A DNA stretch of 64,000 bases from Candidatus Aenigmatarchaeota archaeon (GTDB lineage: Archaea; Aenigmatarchaeota; Aenigmatarchaeia; GW2011-AR5), in contig JACPJW010000001.1 of assembly GCA_016187335.1 (NCBI GenBank), positions 640,001-704,000 of the forward strand. Reading direction: 5' to 3'. Position 1 is the first letter of the stretch. Each line of letters opens with the position of its first letter. The translations under genes and the position numbers were made by a program. Positions 1 through 7,565 of this stretch are shown in pieces. Below the pieces are notes generated by a model. That model was given only the letters and a program-made list of their open reading frames with translations, was not told where the DNA came from and ran no database searches.

Positions 1-51
1 CATTTTTACAAATCCGTGCTCAGTGCTCACCAGCGAATCGCCCGTTACGCA
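1..51 (-). mobile_element. N-terminal splicing block of an intein in the RNR active-site NP/CGE motif
   Basis: After ...IEACNP the frame reads CVTGDSLVSTEHGFVKM, a typical intein block A, instead of CGEQ. Confidence 0.88.
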
Positions 52-1248
52 CGGATTGCACGCCTCTATCCTTCCAACGCCCGGCAGCGGGTTCGTGTCG
101 TTGACATGGTCAATGAAAATCACGCCGGGCTCTCCGTTGCGCCACGCGGCATTAACGATTTCTTCCATCAGCTCGCGCGGCGTTATGGTTTCTTCCTTTA
201 TGTCTAATATCGTGTCGTACTGGTCGCGCTCAATTCTTCTCGGCTTCATCTTCATGCCGTTCCATTCGCAGAGCCAGGGCTCGCTGTCGCCGCTGAGCAC
301 TTTTTCCATGAAATCGTCGGTTACAGCCACGGAAATGTTGAAGTTGCGGATGTCGCCTTCTCGCGCCTTGCAGTGGATGAATTCCAGGATGTCCGGGTGA
401 TCCACCCTCATCACGGCCATGTTCGCGCCGTGACGTCCCTGCTGCTTTATCACGCCGAAAGCCTTGTCGTAAACCCTGAGGAAAGATACGGGGCCTGATG
501 CCACGCCCCTGCTTTTTTTTGCCATCGTGCCTGCAGGCCTGAGAAGGTGGAAAGGAAAGCCCAGTCCGCTGCCTGCCTGCTGCAGCAGCGAAGCATCCTT
601 CAGCGTCTGGAATATTCCGTCCATGCTGTCCTCCATGTGCAGGACAATGCAGTTGGCAACAACCCGCGTGGGCGCGCCGGCGTTGGCTAGCGTGCGCCCG
701 GCCGGCAGGAATTCCATGTTTGTCATTATGCCGTAAAATTCTTCCTTGAACTTTCTTGCTTCGTTGTCGTTCTTGCCATATTTCCTTTCCACGTCAGCCA
801 GCGTCCTTGAAACGCGCTCGAACATCTGCTCCGGCGTCTCCATTATCTGGCCGTTCTCGTCCCTTGCCAAATAGCGGCCGGCGATGATTTTTATCGCGTT
901 CAGACTCAGCTTCTTGTGCAGCCTTGTGTCCTTTCCGTTGAGCAGTCTTTTGATTTCCTCGCGTATCCCGGCGCGCTCCTGCCTGTATAAAATATAAGTT
1001 TTGGCAGTTTTCGCGTGCCCTTCTTCTATGAGCGTTTTTTCAACAGCGTCCTGTACCTCTTCGATATTGGGTATATGCCCGTCCGCGCACTGCTTTTCCA
1101 GCTGCGCGACGACCTTGTCAGCCAAGCTGTTGGCGAGGGAGCGGTCCGTGCCGCCCACGGACAAAGCCGCCTTGAAAATGGCGTCAGCTATCTTTGTCTT
1201 GTCAAAAGGAGCAATTCTGCCGTCTCTCTTCTTTATCTTCGTCAGCAT
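1..1248 (-). CDS. nrdJ: Class II (B12-dependent) ribonucleotide reductase with N-terminal ATP cone; 3' part runs off the window
   Basis: Manual translation: MLTKIKKRDGRIAPFDKTKI (ATP cone), FLPAGRTLANAG, VANCIVL, QQAGSGLGF, GEPGVIFID, IEACNP; SD GAGGTG upstream of ATG 1248. Not in the ORF track because it is open at the edge. Confidence 0.93.
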   Translation of the reverse strand, partial: MLTKIKKRDGRIAPFDKTKIADAIFKAALSVGGTDRSLANSLADKVVAQLEKQCADGHIPNIEEVQDAVEKTLIEEGHAKTAKTYILYRQERAGIREEIKRLLNGKDTRLHKKLSLNAIKIIAGRYLARDENGQIMETPEQMFERVSRTLADVERKYGKNDNEARKFKEEFYGIMTNMEFLPAGRTLANAGAPTRVVANCIVLHMEDSMDGIFQTLKDASLLQQAGSGLGFPFHLLRPAGTMAKKSRGVASGPVSFLRVYDKAFGVIKQQGRHGANMAVMRVDHPDILEFIHCKAREGDIRNFNISVAVTDDFMEKVLSGDSEPWLCEWNGMKMKPRRIERDQYDTILDIKEETITPRELMEEIVNAAWRNGEPGVIFIDHVNDTNPLPGVGRIEACNPCVTGDSLVSTEHGFVKM

Positions 1249-1292
1249 GTTAACACCTCATCAAAGCCGGAAGTCACCCAGCTTTTCTTTAT

Positions 1293-1380
1293 TGCATGAA
1301 ATGCAGTCAATACTACGGCTTTTAAGCCGTTTATAATAATTCTGCATTTCTGCAAAAATACTACGGGCTTTAGCCCGTAG
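1293..1380. repeat. Nested inverted repeats upstream of nrdJ
   Basis: TGCATGAAATGCAG (1293-1306) / CTGCATTTCTGCA (1342-1354); ACGGCTT-TT-AAGCCGT (1315-1330); CTACGGGCT-TT-AGCCCGTAG (1361-1380). Confidence 0.75.
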
Positions 1381-1471
1381 ATATTTATTTTCCCATCCGC
1401 TCCGTTTTTACTGTTTATTCCAGAAACAACACGAAACATTCCAATGTTCTTTTCCATTCTCCCACACCCCA

Positions 1472-1924
1472 CTATCTTGCAGCTTTGAGCATTTTCAGCT
1501 CGTTTTCAAATTCCGTTATGTCGGAAAATTCCCTGTATACAGAAGCAAAGCGGATATAAGCAACCTTGTCTATCTTCTTCAGCTTGTTCATTACCAGTTC
1601 GCCAATATCCCTTGAAGATACTTCCCGGCCGTATGCCCGCAGTTCCGCTTCTACGTCATCCACGACCTTTTCCATGGTTTCCTGGCTTATCGGCCGCTTC
1701 TCGCACGCTTTCAGCAGCCCTGACATTAATTTCTGCCTGTCATACCGCTCCCTGCGGCCGTCTTTCTTAACCACGATAAGGTTCATCTCCGCCCTTTCAT
1801 GCGTTGTGAAGCGCTTGTTACACTTCAGGCACTGGCGGCGCCGGCGCGTGCTGTCGTCATGGTCGCGCTTGTCCATGACCTTCGTGTCATCAAAGGAGCA
1901 GTAAGGGCACCTCGTGAAAATCAC
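1472..1924 (-). CDS. nrdR: Transcriptional repressor NrdR
   Basis: CPYC zinc ribbon, TKVMDKR, RRRRQCLKCNKRFTTHE, ATP cone, DKVAYIRFASVYREF. Confidence 0.95.
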   Translation of the reverse strand: MIFTRCPYCSFDDTKVMDKRDHDDSTRRRRQCLKCNKRFTTHERAEMNLIVVKKDGRRERYDRQKLMSGLLKACEKRPISQETMEKVVDDVEAELRAYGREVSSRDIGELVMNKLKKIDKVAYIRFASVYREFSDITEFENELKMLKAAR

Positions 1925-1938
1925 CTATCAACTGAAAA

Positions 1939-1986
1939 TAACAGCCGCTTGTGGTTTAATAACCTTAAAACCACAACATCTTGTTA
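1939..1986. promoter_or_regulatory. Tandem NrdR-box-like sites flanking the nrdR TATA region
   Basis: CCACAACATCTTGTTA (1971-1986) fits the core CWAYATMTWG fully; degenerate TAACAGCCGCTTGTGG (1939-1954) lies 32 bp away. Confidence 0.65.
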
Positions 1987-2061
1987 CCGTCTCTTATTTA
2001 GCACTTCGCTTTAAAAATGCTTTTCTGTCCTGCAGAGGCGATATGACTGGCGAGTGGTGAG

Positions 2062-2088
2062 AACGAAGCTTTTTTGAAAGATTTCGTT
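2062..2088. repeat. Degenerate copy of dispersed palindrome family (core CTTTTYTGAAAR)
   Basis: AACGAAGCTTTT-TTG-AAAGATTTCGTT. Confidence 0.45.
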
Positions 2089-2354
2089 AAGACAAGGATT
2101 TGTTACACTACTTTAACCTACGGATAACAAGAAGAAGTTACAAAATTACAGATAAAGAAACAAATAAGAATTTCATCATTAGAATTTAGGATGCTGTTTG
2201 AATGGTACAGGTTTCCATTGCTCTGCATCATAGTACCGCTGATAAAGTTCCAATTCTTTTAAACTACGTTTTAAGCAGTTCTTCGCATCTTCAACCAAAC
2301 CTATATATACCGCCGCCGCGATAACTAAGGAATTAGCGGTTTGAGGTGGTCGTA

Positions 2355-2411
2355 ATGAAAGACAAGAAAAAGCACAAGCATGGCGGGAAGCACGTCTGCG
2401 AATATTGTTAG
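2355..2411 (+). CDS. 18-aa microprotein MKDKKKHKHGGKHVCEYC
   Basis: TATA-like CTATATATAC (2301-2310), SD GAGGTGG, T-rich terminator after the stop; similar ORF at 24349-24405. Confidence 0.6.
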   Translation: MKDKKKHKHGGKHVCEYC

Positions 2412-2434
2412 CGCAGGCGGCTTTTTTCTTTTTC

Positions 2435-2755
2435 TTAATCTAACTTCTTCCACAGCAGGTAAAGGGCAAGAAAAATAATTGCTCCGCCAATGGCAAACGC
2501 CTCTTCCGAAATGCCAAGCCAGTGCACGAAGCCCTGAAGTAGCGGGGGGTTCTCTTCTTCATGAGCAAAAACAAGCTGCGCTAAAAGCAGCAGCGGAAGG
2601 ATTTTGGATTTCATTTTTATTACAGCATTATGGAGTTGTTTCATGGTCAATATTCCTTCTTTACAATTTTTGCATTTGAAGTATTTGTAAGTTACGCCTT
2701 TTGTTTCGGTCGTCGTTTCCTTCATTTTTCCTTGGCACTCGGTGCATTTTCTCAT
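2435..2755 (-). CDS. Apparently chimeric ORF: YgiT/MqsA-like Zn finger joined to a signal-peptide/TM segment
   Basis: CTEC...FKCKNC followed by MKSKILPLLLLAQLVFAHEEE and a C-terminal TM helix. Confidence 0.5.
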   Translation of the reverse strand: MRKCTECQGKMKETTTETKGVTYKYFKCKNCKEGILTMKQLHNAVIKMKSKILPLLLLAQLVFAHEEENPPLLQGFVHWLGISEEAFAIGGAIIFLALYLLWKKLD

Positions 2756-3189
2756 AATTCCATTAAATAAGAACCGTTCCTTAAATTGATTCTTATCTCG
2801 AAATTTTCCAGAATATCCTTAAAGCCCATTATGAGCGGAATATCATCAGCAGGAGCCAAAAAAGCCCTGATTTTAATGGGTTTGCTGAAATTTCCCTTCC
2901 TGTCAAGCAATACGCATTGTAACAAGCCTACCTTTACAGGCATCCGGTTTTCCGGTACTATACCCTTAACGTAATGTTCCCCTATAGTTTCGTGTTCCAC
3001 GCCTTTCCAGATACTATGAGGGATGACGCTTGTGTGTGCACCTGTGTCCACGATTCCCTGATATGCTTGCGACCAGTTTTCTGATGTCTTGAATTTTACA
3101 AAGCACAATATCCTTAATAATTCTCCATAATCAGGCAATTTTTCAGAAAGCTCGGGATCAAGAATTCTTTTTGCGGTAAGCTCAATCAT
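2752..3189 (-). CDS. Retropepsin-like aspartyl protease
   Basis: GIVDTGAHTSVIP (DTG motif) and IPLIMGFKDIL; ATG 3189 overlaps the upstream gene end. Confidence 0.75.
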   Translation of the reverse strand: MIELTAKRILDPELSEKLPDYGELLRILCFVKFKTSENWSQAYQGIVDTGAHTSVIPHSIWKGVEHETIGEHYVKGIVPENRMPVKVGLLQCVLLDRKGNFSKPIKIRAFLAPADDIPLIMGFKDILENFEIRINLRNGSYLMEL

Positions 3190-3415
3190 AGTAGATATGA
3201 GAACCACACTCCACAAAAACGAGTGCCACTTCCTTTCTTCCTGTTTTTTTTATTGCCTCTTCCTTAACATTTTCAAGGTTTTTCCCGCAACTGACAACTT
3301 TTCTGTCGACTACTGCAATCCACTGGTCGCTGTATTTTTTACGCAGCTCGAGGTAATTCTTGTCAGCCCATTCGATATCATCAAAGAAATCCTTTGATTC
3401 GAGCTTTATTGTCAT
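3182..3415 (-). CDS. DUF5678-like small protein
   Basis: IEWADKNYLELRKKYSDQWIAVVDRKVVSCG pattern; coupled to the protease. Confidence 0.65.
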   Translation of the reverse strand: MTIKLESKDFFDDIEWADKNYLELRKKYSDQWIAVVDRKVVSCGKNLENVKEEAIKKTGRKEVALVFVECGSHIYYD

Positions 3416-3474
3416 ATTGACCGATAATAATTAAGAATCAGAGAATTTAAAAGAAATAGCTTTCTTCGCTTTGA

Positions 3475-4116
3475 TTACCCGACACCCAACACAGGCCACT
3501 CTATCCTTGCATCCCTGAGAAACTCCGCGGTTTCCTGGCCGCTTCGCTCGTCGAAAGCAATGTAAATTATATCGCGGTCGCTCCAGACGTAATTACGGTC
3601 TGCTGTTCCCCACGGCGTCCCTTTCTCCCAGTATTTCTCAGTGTTTGCAAAAACCTTCAGCGTGCCCGGCTTGCCGTTGCACAAATCTCCGCTGCATTTG
3701 TCCATAAAGCATGTGTCAGTAAAGCGGACGTTGATGCCATCGAAAAACGTCCCCAGTTTCAGCGGCGTTTTGTCGATAATCTCGCCGCTGCTCTTGTCAT
3801 AAGGCAGGCTGGCGTGGAAATGTATGGTGTTTTTTTCCTCGTGGGTGTGCGTTTCTTCCAATTCATTGACCTCTATCGGCAGTTTCTCTTCAACGCCGCA
3901 GACCACAGGCACTATGTAGGCATGTATGTGCGCCTGCCACACGCAGCTGCCGTCTTCACCGCACACGATAATGCCCTGCTCAGCCGCGCCGCTCTGGTAA
4001 TAGACGTACAAGGAATATCCCAGAACAGCGATGATAAGAACAGCAAGAACCGCGGCGACGTACTTCAGGGAAGAAGGTTTTTTTGCTTTCCTGGATTTTT
4101 TTGGCATGATACTCAC
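3475..4116 (-). CDS. Membrane-anchored His-motif protein (paralog 1 of 3)
   Basis: N-terminal TM; HIHA...HTHEE..IHFH...LGTFF...CNG...DRDIIYIAF. Confidence 0.75.
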   Translation of the reverse strand: MSIMPKKSRKAKKPSSLKYVAAVLAVLIIAVLGYSLYVYYQSGAAEQGIIVCGEDGSCVWQAHIHAYIVPVVCGVEEKLPIEVNELEETHTHEEKNTIHFHASLPYDKSSGEIIDKTPLKLGTFFDGINVRFTDTCFMDKCSGDLCNGKPGTLKVFANTEKYWEKGTPWGTADRNYVWSDRDIIYIAFDERSGQETAEFLRDARIEWPVLGVG

Positions 4117-4406
4117 ATGTAGCGGTACAATATATAAGCCTTCGCCGCTTTCGGGAGCTTGTTCTTCACGAGGACGAACTCCAACGTTTCTTTTATTGCT
4201 TCGACGGGAACCGGCTTGCCCCTGTATTTCCTGGCTATCAGCGCTTGCGCCTGCTTCGCCAGCTTCTCGGCAAGTCCCGGCCTGCTCTCGTGAGCATGCG
4301 CCAGGGCTTTCCTGATGCTGCCAAGAATTTTCCTGGGCTGGAACTTTTCCGTGCGCCCGTCGCGCTTTATGACTTTCATGGTTTTTCTTGGGGAGATTTT
4401 AGGCAT
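4113..4406 (-). CDS. Stand-alone ATP-cone domain protein
   Basis: VIKRDGRTEKFQPRKILGSIRKA...AAKAYILYR. Confidence 0.85.
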   Translation of the reverse strand: MPKISPRKTMKVIKRDGRTEKFQPRKILGSIRKALAHAHESRPGLAEKLAKQAQALIARKYRGKPVPVEAIKETLEFVLVKNKLPKAAKAYILYRYM

Positions 4407-4431
4407 AATTATTATTCACCGCCAGGATTTA

Positions 4432-5226
4432 TTAATCGTGTCCTTCCCTGTGCCAGCCGCTTTTCCACAGCACGAACATCGCAGCCAAAATTAACAATTC
4501 AACAGCAATGACATAATGAATGATGCTGAAATAAATTATCGATATGATCCACGTCCCGAGCGCGAGCAGGAACAGCCCGACGGCCAAGCGCATCTTGCCG
4601 CGGTGCTCTCTTCTCCATAACTCCATTTTCTTCAGGCCCGTTCCCGTGTAAGCAAGGTAAATTATCGCGATAAGCGGCACCACGAAAACAAGGTTGTACA
4701 AGAGCAGATAAATCAGTGCAATGCTAAAATCTATCTGCGACATCAGCGCCAGGACAGCCAGGTAAGGAGCGCCTGTGCATGGAAGCTCGACCAAGGTCAC
4801 CAGGACGCCGAACATGAACGCGCCCCAAAGGCTCGCGTGCGTTCTATGGACGTTGCGCTCGACGTGCCTGACGAATCGCGCCGGTATTGCCAGGGAAAAC
4901 CAGTGGCCGTACCAGAAGAAGTCCTTGACCTCGAGGAAGCCTGCAAGAAGAACAAAGGTTCCTATGACTCCGTAAAGTACCTGGCTCAGGAACTGCACCT
5001 CGCGCACGGCGTTGAAGATGTGGAGCAGCGTCAGGCCGCCGAGGAGGTACGTGAAATATACGCCCGCGACATACACGGCGCCGATTTTCAGTATGTTATT
5101 TCTTTTCTTGGCCTTCACCAGGATGGTAATCATCAGAAGAAGGACGCCGATGACGCAGGGATTTATCGAGTCAATGAGCGCTCCCCCGATTATTATCGGC
5201 AGCGTGATTTCCGGAGCAAGGACCAT
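4432..5226 (-). CDS. ccdA: CcdA/DsbD-family membrane thiol-disulfide transporter
   Basis: Multi-TM; DSINPCVIG and LVELPCTGAPY cysteine motifs. Confidence 0.85.
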   Translation of the reverse strand: MVLAPEITLPIIIGGALIDSINPCVIGVLLLMITILVKAKKRNNILKIGAVYVAGVYFTYLLGGLTLLHIFNAVREVQFLSQVLYGVIGTFVLLAGFLEVKDFFWYGHWFSLAIPARFVRHVERNVHRTHASLWGAFMFGVLVTLVELPCTGAPYLAVLALMSQIDFSIALIYLLLYNLVFVVPLIAIIYLAYTGTGLKKMELWRREHRGKMRLAVGLFLLALGTWIISIIYFSIIHYVIAVELLILAAMFVLWKSGWHREGHD

Positions 5227-5281
5227 AACCTATCTTAGGCGCGTTACCGAATAAATAGTTTGCACAGCATTTATTTTAACT

Positions 5282-6433
5282 ATGGTCGGCGAGCAAATAA
5301 CAACATTAGTTCTTTACGAAATCTCGGTTATGCTTATTTTTGCTGTTCTAGGATACATGCTTTCTAAGAAAACCGGCCAGCCGGTCAGCGTCGGCATAAT
5401 ATTTATCGGCGTTCTTCTCGGTCCCAGCGTTTTCGGTCTGCTGAGTTATAATGAAACTATCGCTATTATAGCAAGGATCGGAAGCATAATTCTGCTTTTT
5501 CTTGCCGGCCTTAGCGTAGACTATTCATCAATATACAACAAAAAAGCCCTTCTTGTTGGGATTGTAGGAGGACTTCTGCCTTTTGCGGGAGGCGCTGTTA
5601 TAACAGCTGCGTTCGGCTTTGATTTAATAACTTCCATTTTTGTTGGCGCGACCCTCACAGCAACATGCCTTGGCATAACATCCGCACTGCTACGTGAAAT
5701 GGGTAAGATGAACACAGAAACAGCGAAGCTGATGCTCGGCGCTGCCGTTGTTGACGACGTCGTCGGGCTTCTAGTCCTTTCTGTCGTGAGCGCAGCGCCT
5801 TCATTTGCATTCATGCCCCTGATTACGAAAATATCGCTTGCGATTATTTTCTTGGTGACAATTTCATTTTTCGGGATAAAGCTTGTCCCCAGGATTGTTG
5901 ACGTCTTCGACAAGAATTTTGGTATTGTTTCAGGCCACCTGACATTCACGTTCGGTATGGGGATTGTTTTCGGCTTCAGCTACATTGCTGAAGCAATAGG
6001 TCTCGCAGCCATACTTGGAGCGTTCCTTGCCGGCGTCTGCCTTTCCAATACGCTCTACTCGCGCTTTTTCCACCACGGCGGCGAGTATCTGGAGGCTGTT
6101 TTCACTTCCATGTTTTTCATTGCTATCGGGATAGTTGTAGAGCTGACTGCAATAGTAACATCTTTCTGGTTGATAGTAGCTCTTTCTGCAGTTGCCATTG
6201 CAACCAAGCTTTTCGGGTGCGGGTTTGCTGCCAGGAAATGCGGCATGAACAGAAAAGACTCGCTTATCGTCGGCGTTGGGATGGCTCCTCGCGGAGAAGT
6301 CGCCTTTATCATAGCTCTTTTCGGACTTTCTATTGGCGTGATTTCCAGAGAAATTTATTCCTCAATAGTCTTCGTCTCGTTCATAACAACAGTAATAACG
6401 CTTGTAGCCCTGAAAAGGCTTTACGGCAAGTAA
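5282..6433 (+). CDS. Cation:proton antiporter (CPA2, NapA/KefB-like)
   Basis: About 12 TM segments; GAAVVDDVVG and GMAPRGEVAFII motifs. Confidence 0.9.
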   Translation: MVGEQITTLVLYEISVMLIFAVLGYMLSKKTGQPVSVGIIFIGVLLGPSVFGLLSYNETIAIIARIGSIILLFLAGLSVDYSSIYNKKALLVGIVGGLLPFAGGAVITAAFGFDLITSIFVGATLTATCLGITSALLREMGKMNTETAKLMLGAAVVDDVVGLLVLSVVSAAPSFAFMPLITKISLAIIFLVTISFFGIKLVPRIVDVFDKNFGIVSGHLTFTFGMGIVFGFSYIAEAIGLAAILGAFLAGVCLSNTLYSRFFHHGGEYLEAVFTSMFFIAIGIVVELTAIVTSFWLIVALSAVAIATKLFGCGFAARKCGMNRKDSLIVGVGMAPRGEVAFIIALFGLSIGVISREIYSSIVFVSFITTVITLVALKRLYGK

Positions 6434-6442
6434 TTAGAACTT

Positions 6443-6625
6443 GTCAATTACCCGCCGCTAAAGCGGCGGGCGTGTGTTAAGGTTGAATAGATATGGCTTC
6501 GTTACGTAATTCAGATTCATGCTTTCGGAACGTATGGTTAGAGTTTAAGGTCGAAATTCAGAACAGCCTGAAGTTGCAAAGCAACTTCCATTCTCTTTGG
6601 CTGAATCCATAGGCGTTCTTTCGAC
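6443..6625 (+). mobile_element. IS200/IS605-like terminal hairpin plus structured tail (non-autonomous or omegaRNA-like remnant)
   Basis: GTCAATTA-CCCGCCGCT-AA-AGCGGCGGG-CGTG, then GGTTGAATAG, TTACGT and nested stems GTCGAAA/TTTCGAC, CAGCC/GGCTG, GAAGTTGC/GCAACTTC. Confidence 0.5.
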
Positions 6626-7480
6626 TTACTTCTTTACAAATTTCTTCAGAACATTTTTTATCTCATCAGCAACGTCACTGGCAAGAGTAGACTCGATATG
6701 CTTCTTCGCCGCAAGGTCGCCGGCGGCGCCGTTTATGAAGGCGGAAGCGCACGCAGCGTCAAAAGCATCAACGTTGCGGGCCAGCAGCGCGCCGCATATG
6801 CCCGCCAGCGTATCGCCGGTCCCGCCTTTTGTCATGTAGGGATTTCCTGTCCGGTTCACTGCAACGCGTTTTCCGTCGCTGATGACGTCTGCATAGCCCT
6901 TGAGCAGGATAACGCAGTTAAGCTTCGCGGCGGCTTTCTTTGTTTCGTTAATTCTGCTGTAAACATCCGCGCGCACGCGCGTTCCAGTTACGACAAAAAA
7001 TTCCTGCGAATGCGGCGTGAGGGCGAAGTTTTTGGCAAGATGGAAGCCTTTCAGCGCGTGCAATGCATCGGCGTCAACAACGCAGGGATTTCCAGATTTT
7101 TTGATGTAACGAAGAATATTCTTTACCGCTTCAATTGTTTTCTTTTCCCTGCCCAAGCCGCCGCCGATTACAACGGCATCATGATTGTCTATGAGCGGCG
7201 TTATTTCCTTGATATGCTTGTCAGTCAGGCAGTCGCCTTCCAGCGGAATGGTTATCATGTCCGGCAGGAATTTCGCAACAATGTCAGCGGCGCGTTTCGG
7301 TGCTGCTATAGTCACCAAGTCACAGCCCGCGCGGTACGCGGCTATGGCATTGAACGTCGGAGAGCCGCTGTAGATTTTGGAGCCGCCTATCACGAGCAGC
7401 TTTCCGTACATGCCCTTGTGTGACCACTTCGCACGCGGCTTGTAGATTTTTTTCAGCAGCTTCGCGGAAACGTAGTGCAT
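6626..7480 (-). CDS. nnrD: ADP-dependent NAD(P)H-hydrate dehydratase (YjeF C-terminal)
   Basis: HKGMYGKLLVIGGS, VVDADAL, LTPHSQEF, MTKGGTGDTLAG. Confidence 0.92.
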   Translation of the reverse strand: MHYVSAKLLKKIYKPRAKWSHKGMYGKLLVIGGSKIYSGSPTFNAIAAYRAGCDLVTIAAPKRAADIVAKFLPDMITIPLEGDCLTDKHIKEITPLIDNHDAVVIGGGLGREKKTIEAVKNILRYIKKSGNPCVVDADALHALKGFHLAKNFALTPHSQEFFVVTGTRVRADVYSRINETKKAAAKLNCVILLKGYADVISDGKRVAVNRTGNPYMTKGGTGDTLAGICGALLARNVDAFDAACASAFINGAAGDLAAKKHIESTLASDVADEIKNVLKKFVKK

Positions 7481-7565
7481 GAGAAATAATTAGGCGCGGT
7501 AATTTTTAAGCTCCGAAAGCCTGTAAGGCAGATGGTTTTGGATGAGAATTTCTTTCATAAATTTC

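Noticed and set aside
1467-1482. NrdR-box-like CCCCACTATCTTGCAG at the nrdR stop
   Set aside because: One core mismatch, overlaps coding sequence and has no partner at 31-32 bp; may be chance
2190-2300. About 40-codon minus-strand frame (LVEDAKNCLKRS...)
   Set aside because: No ATG/SD and no recognisable motif
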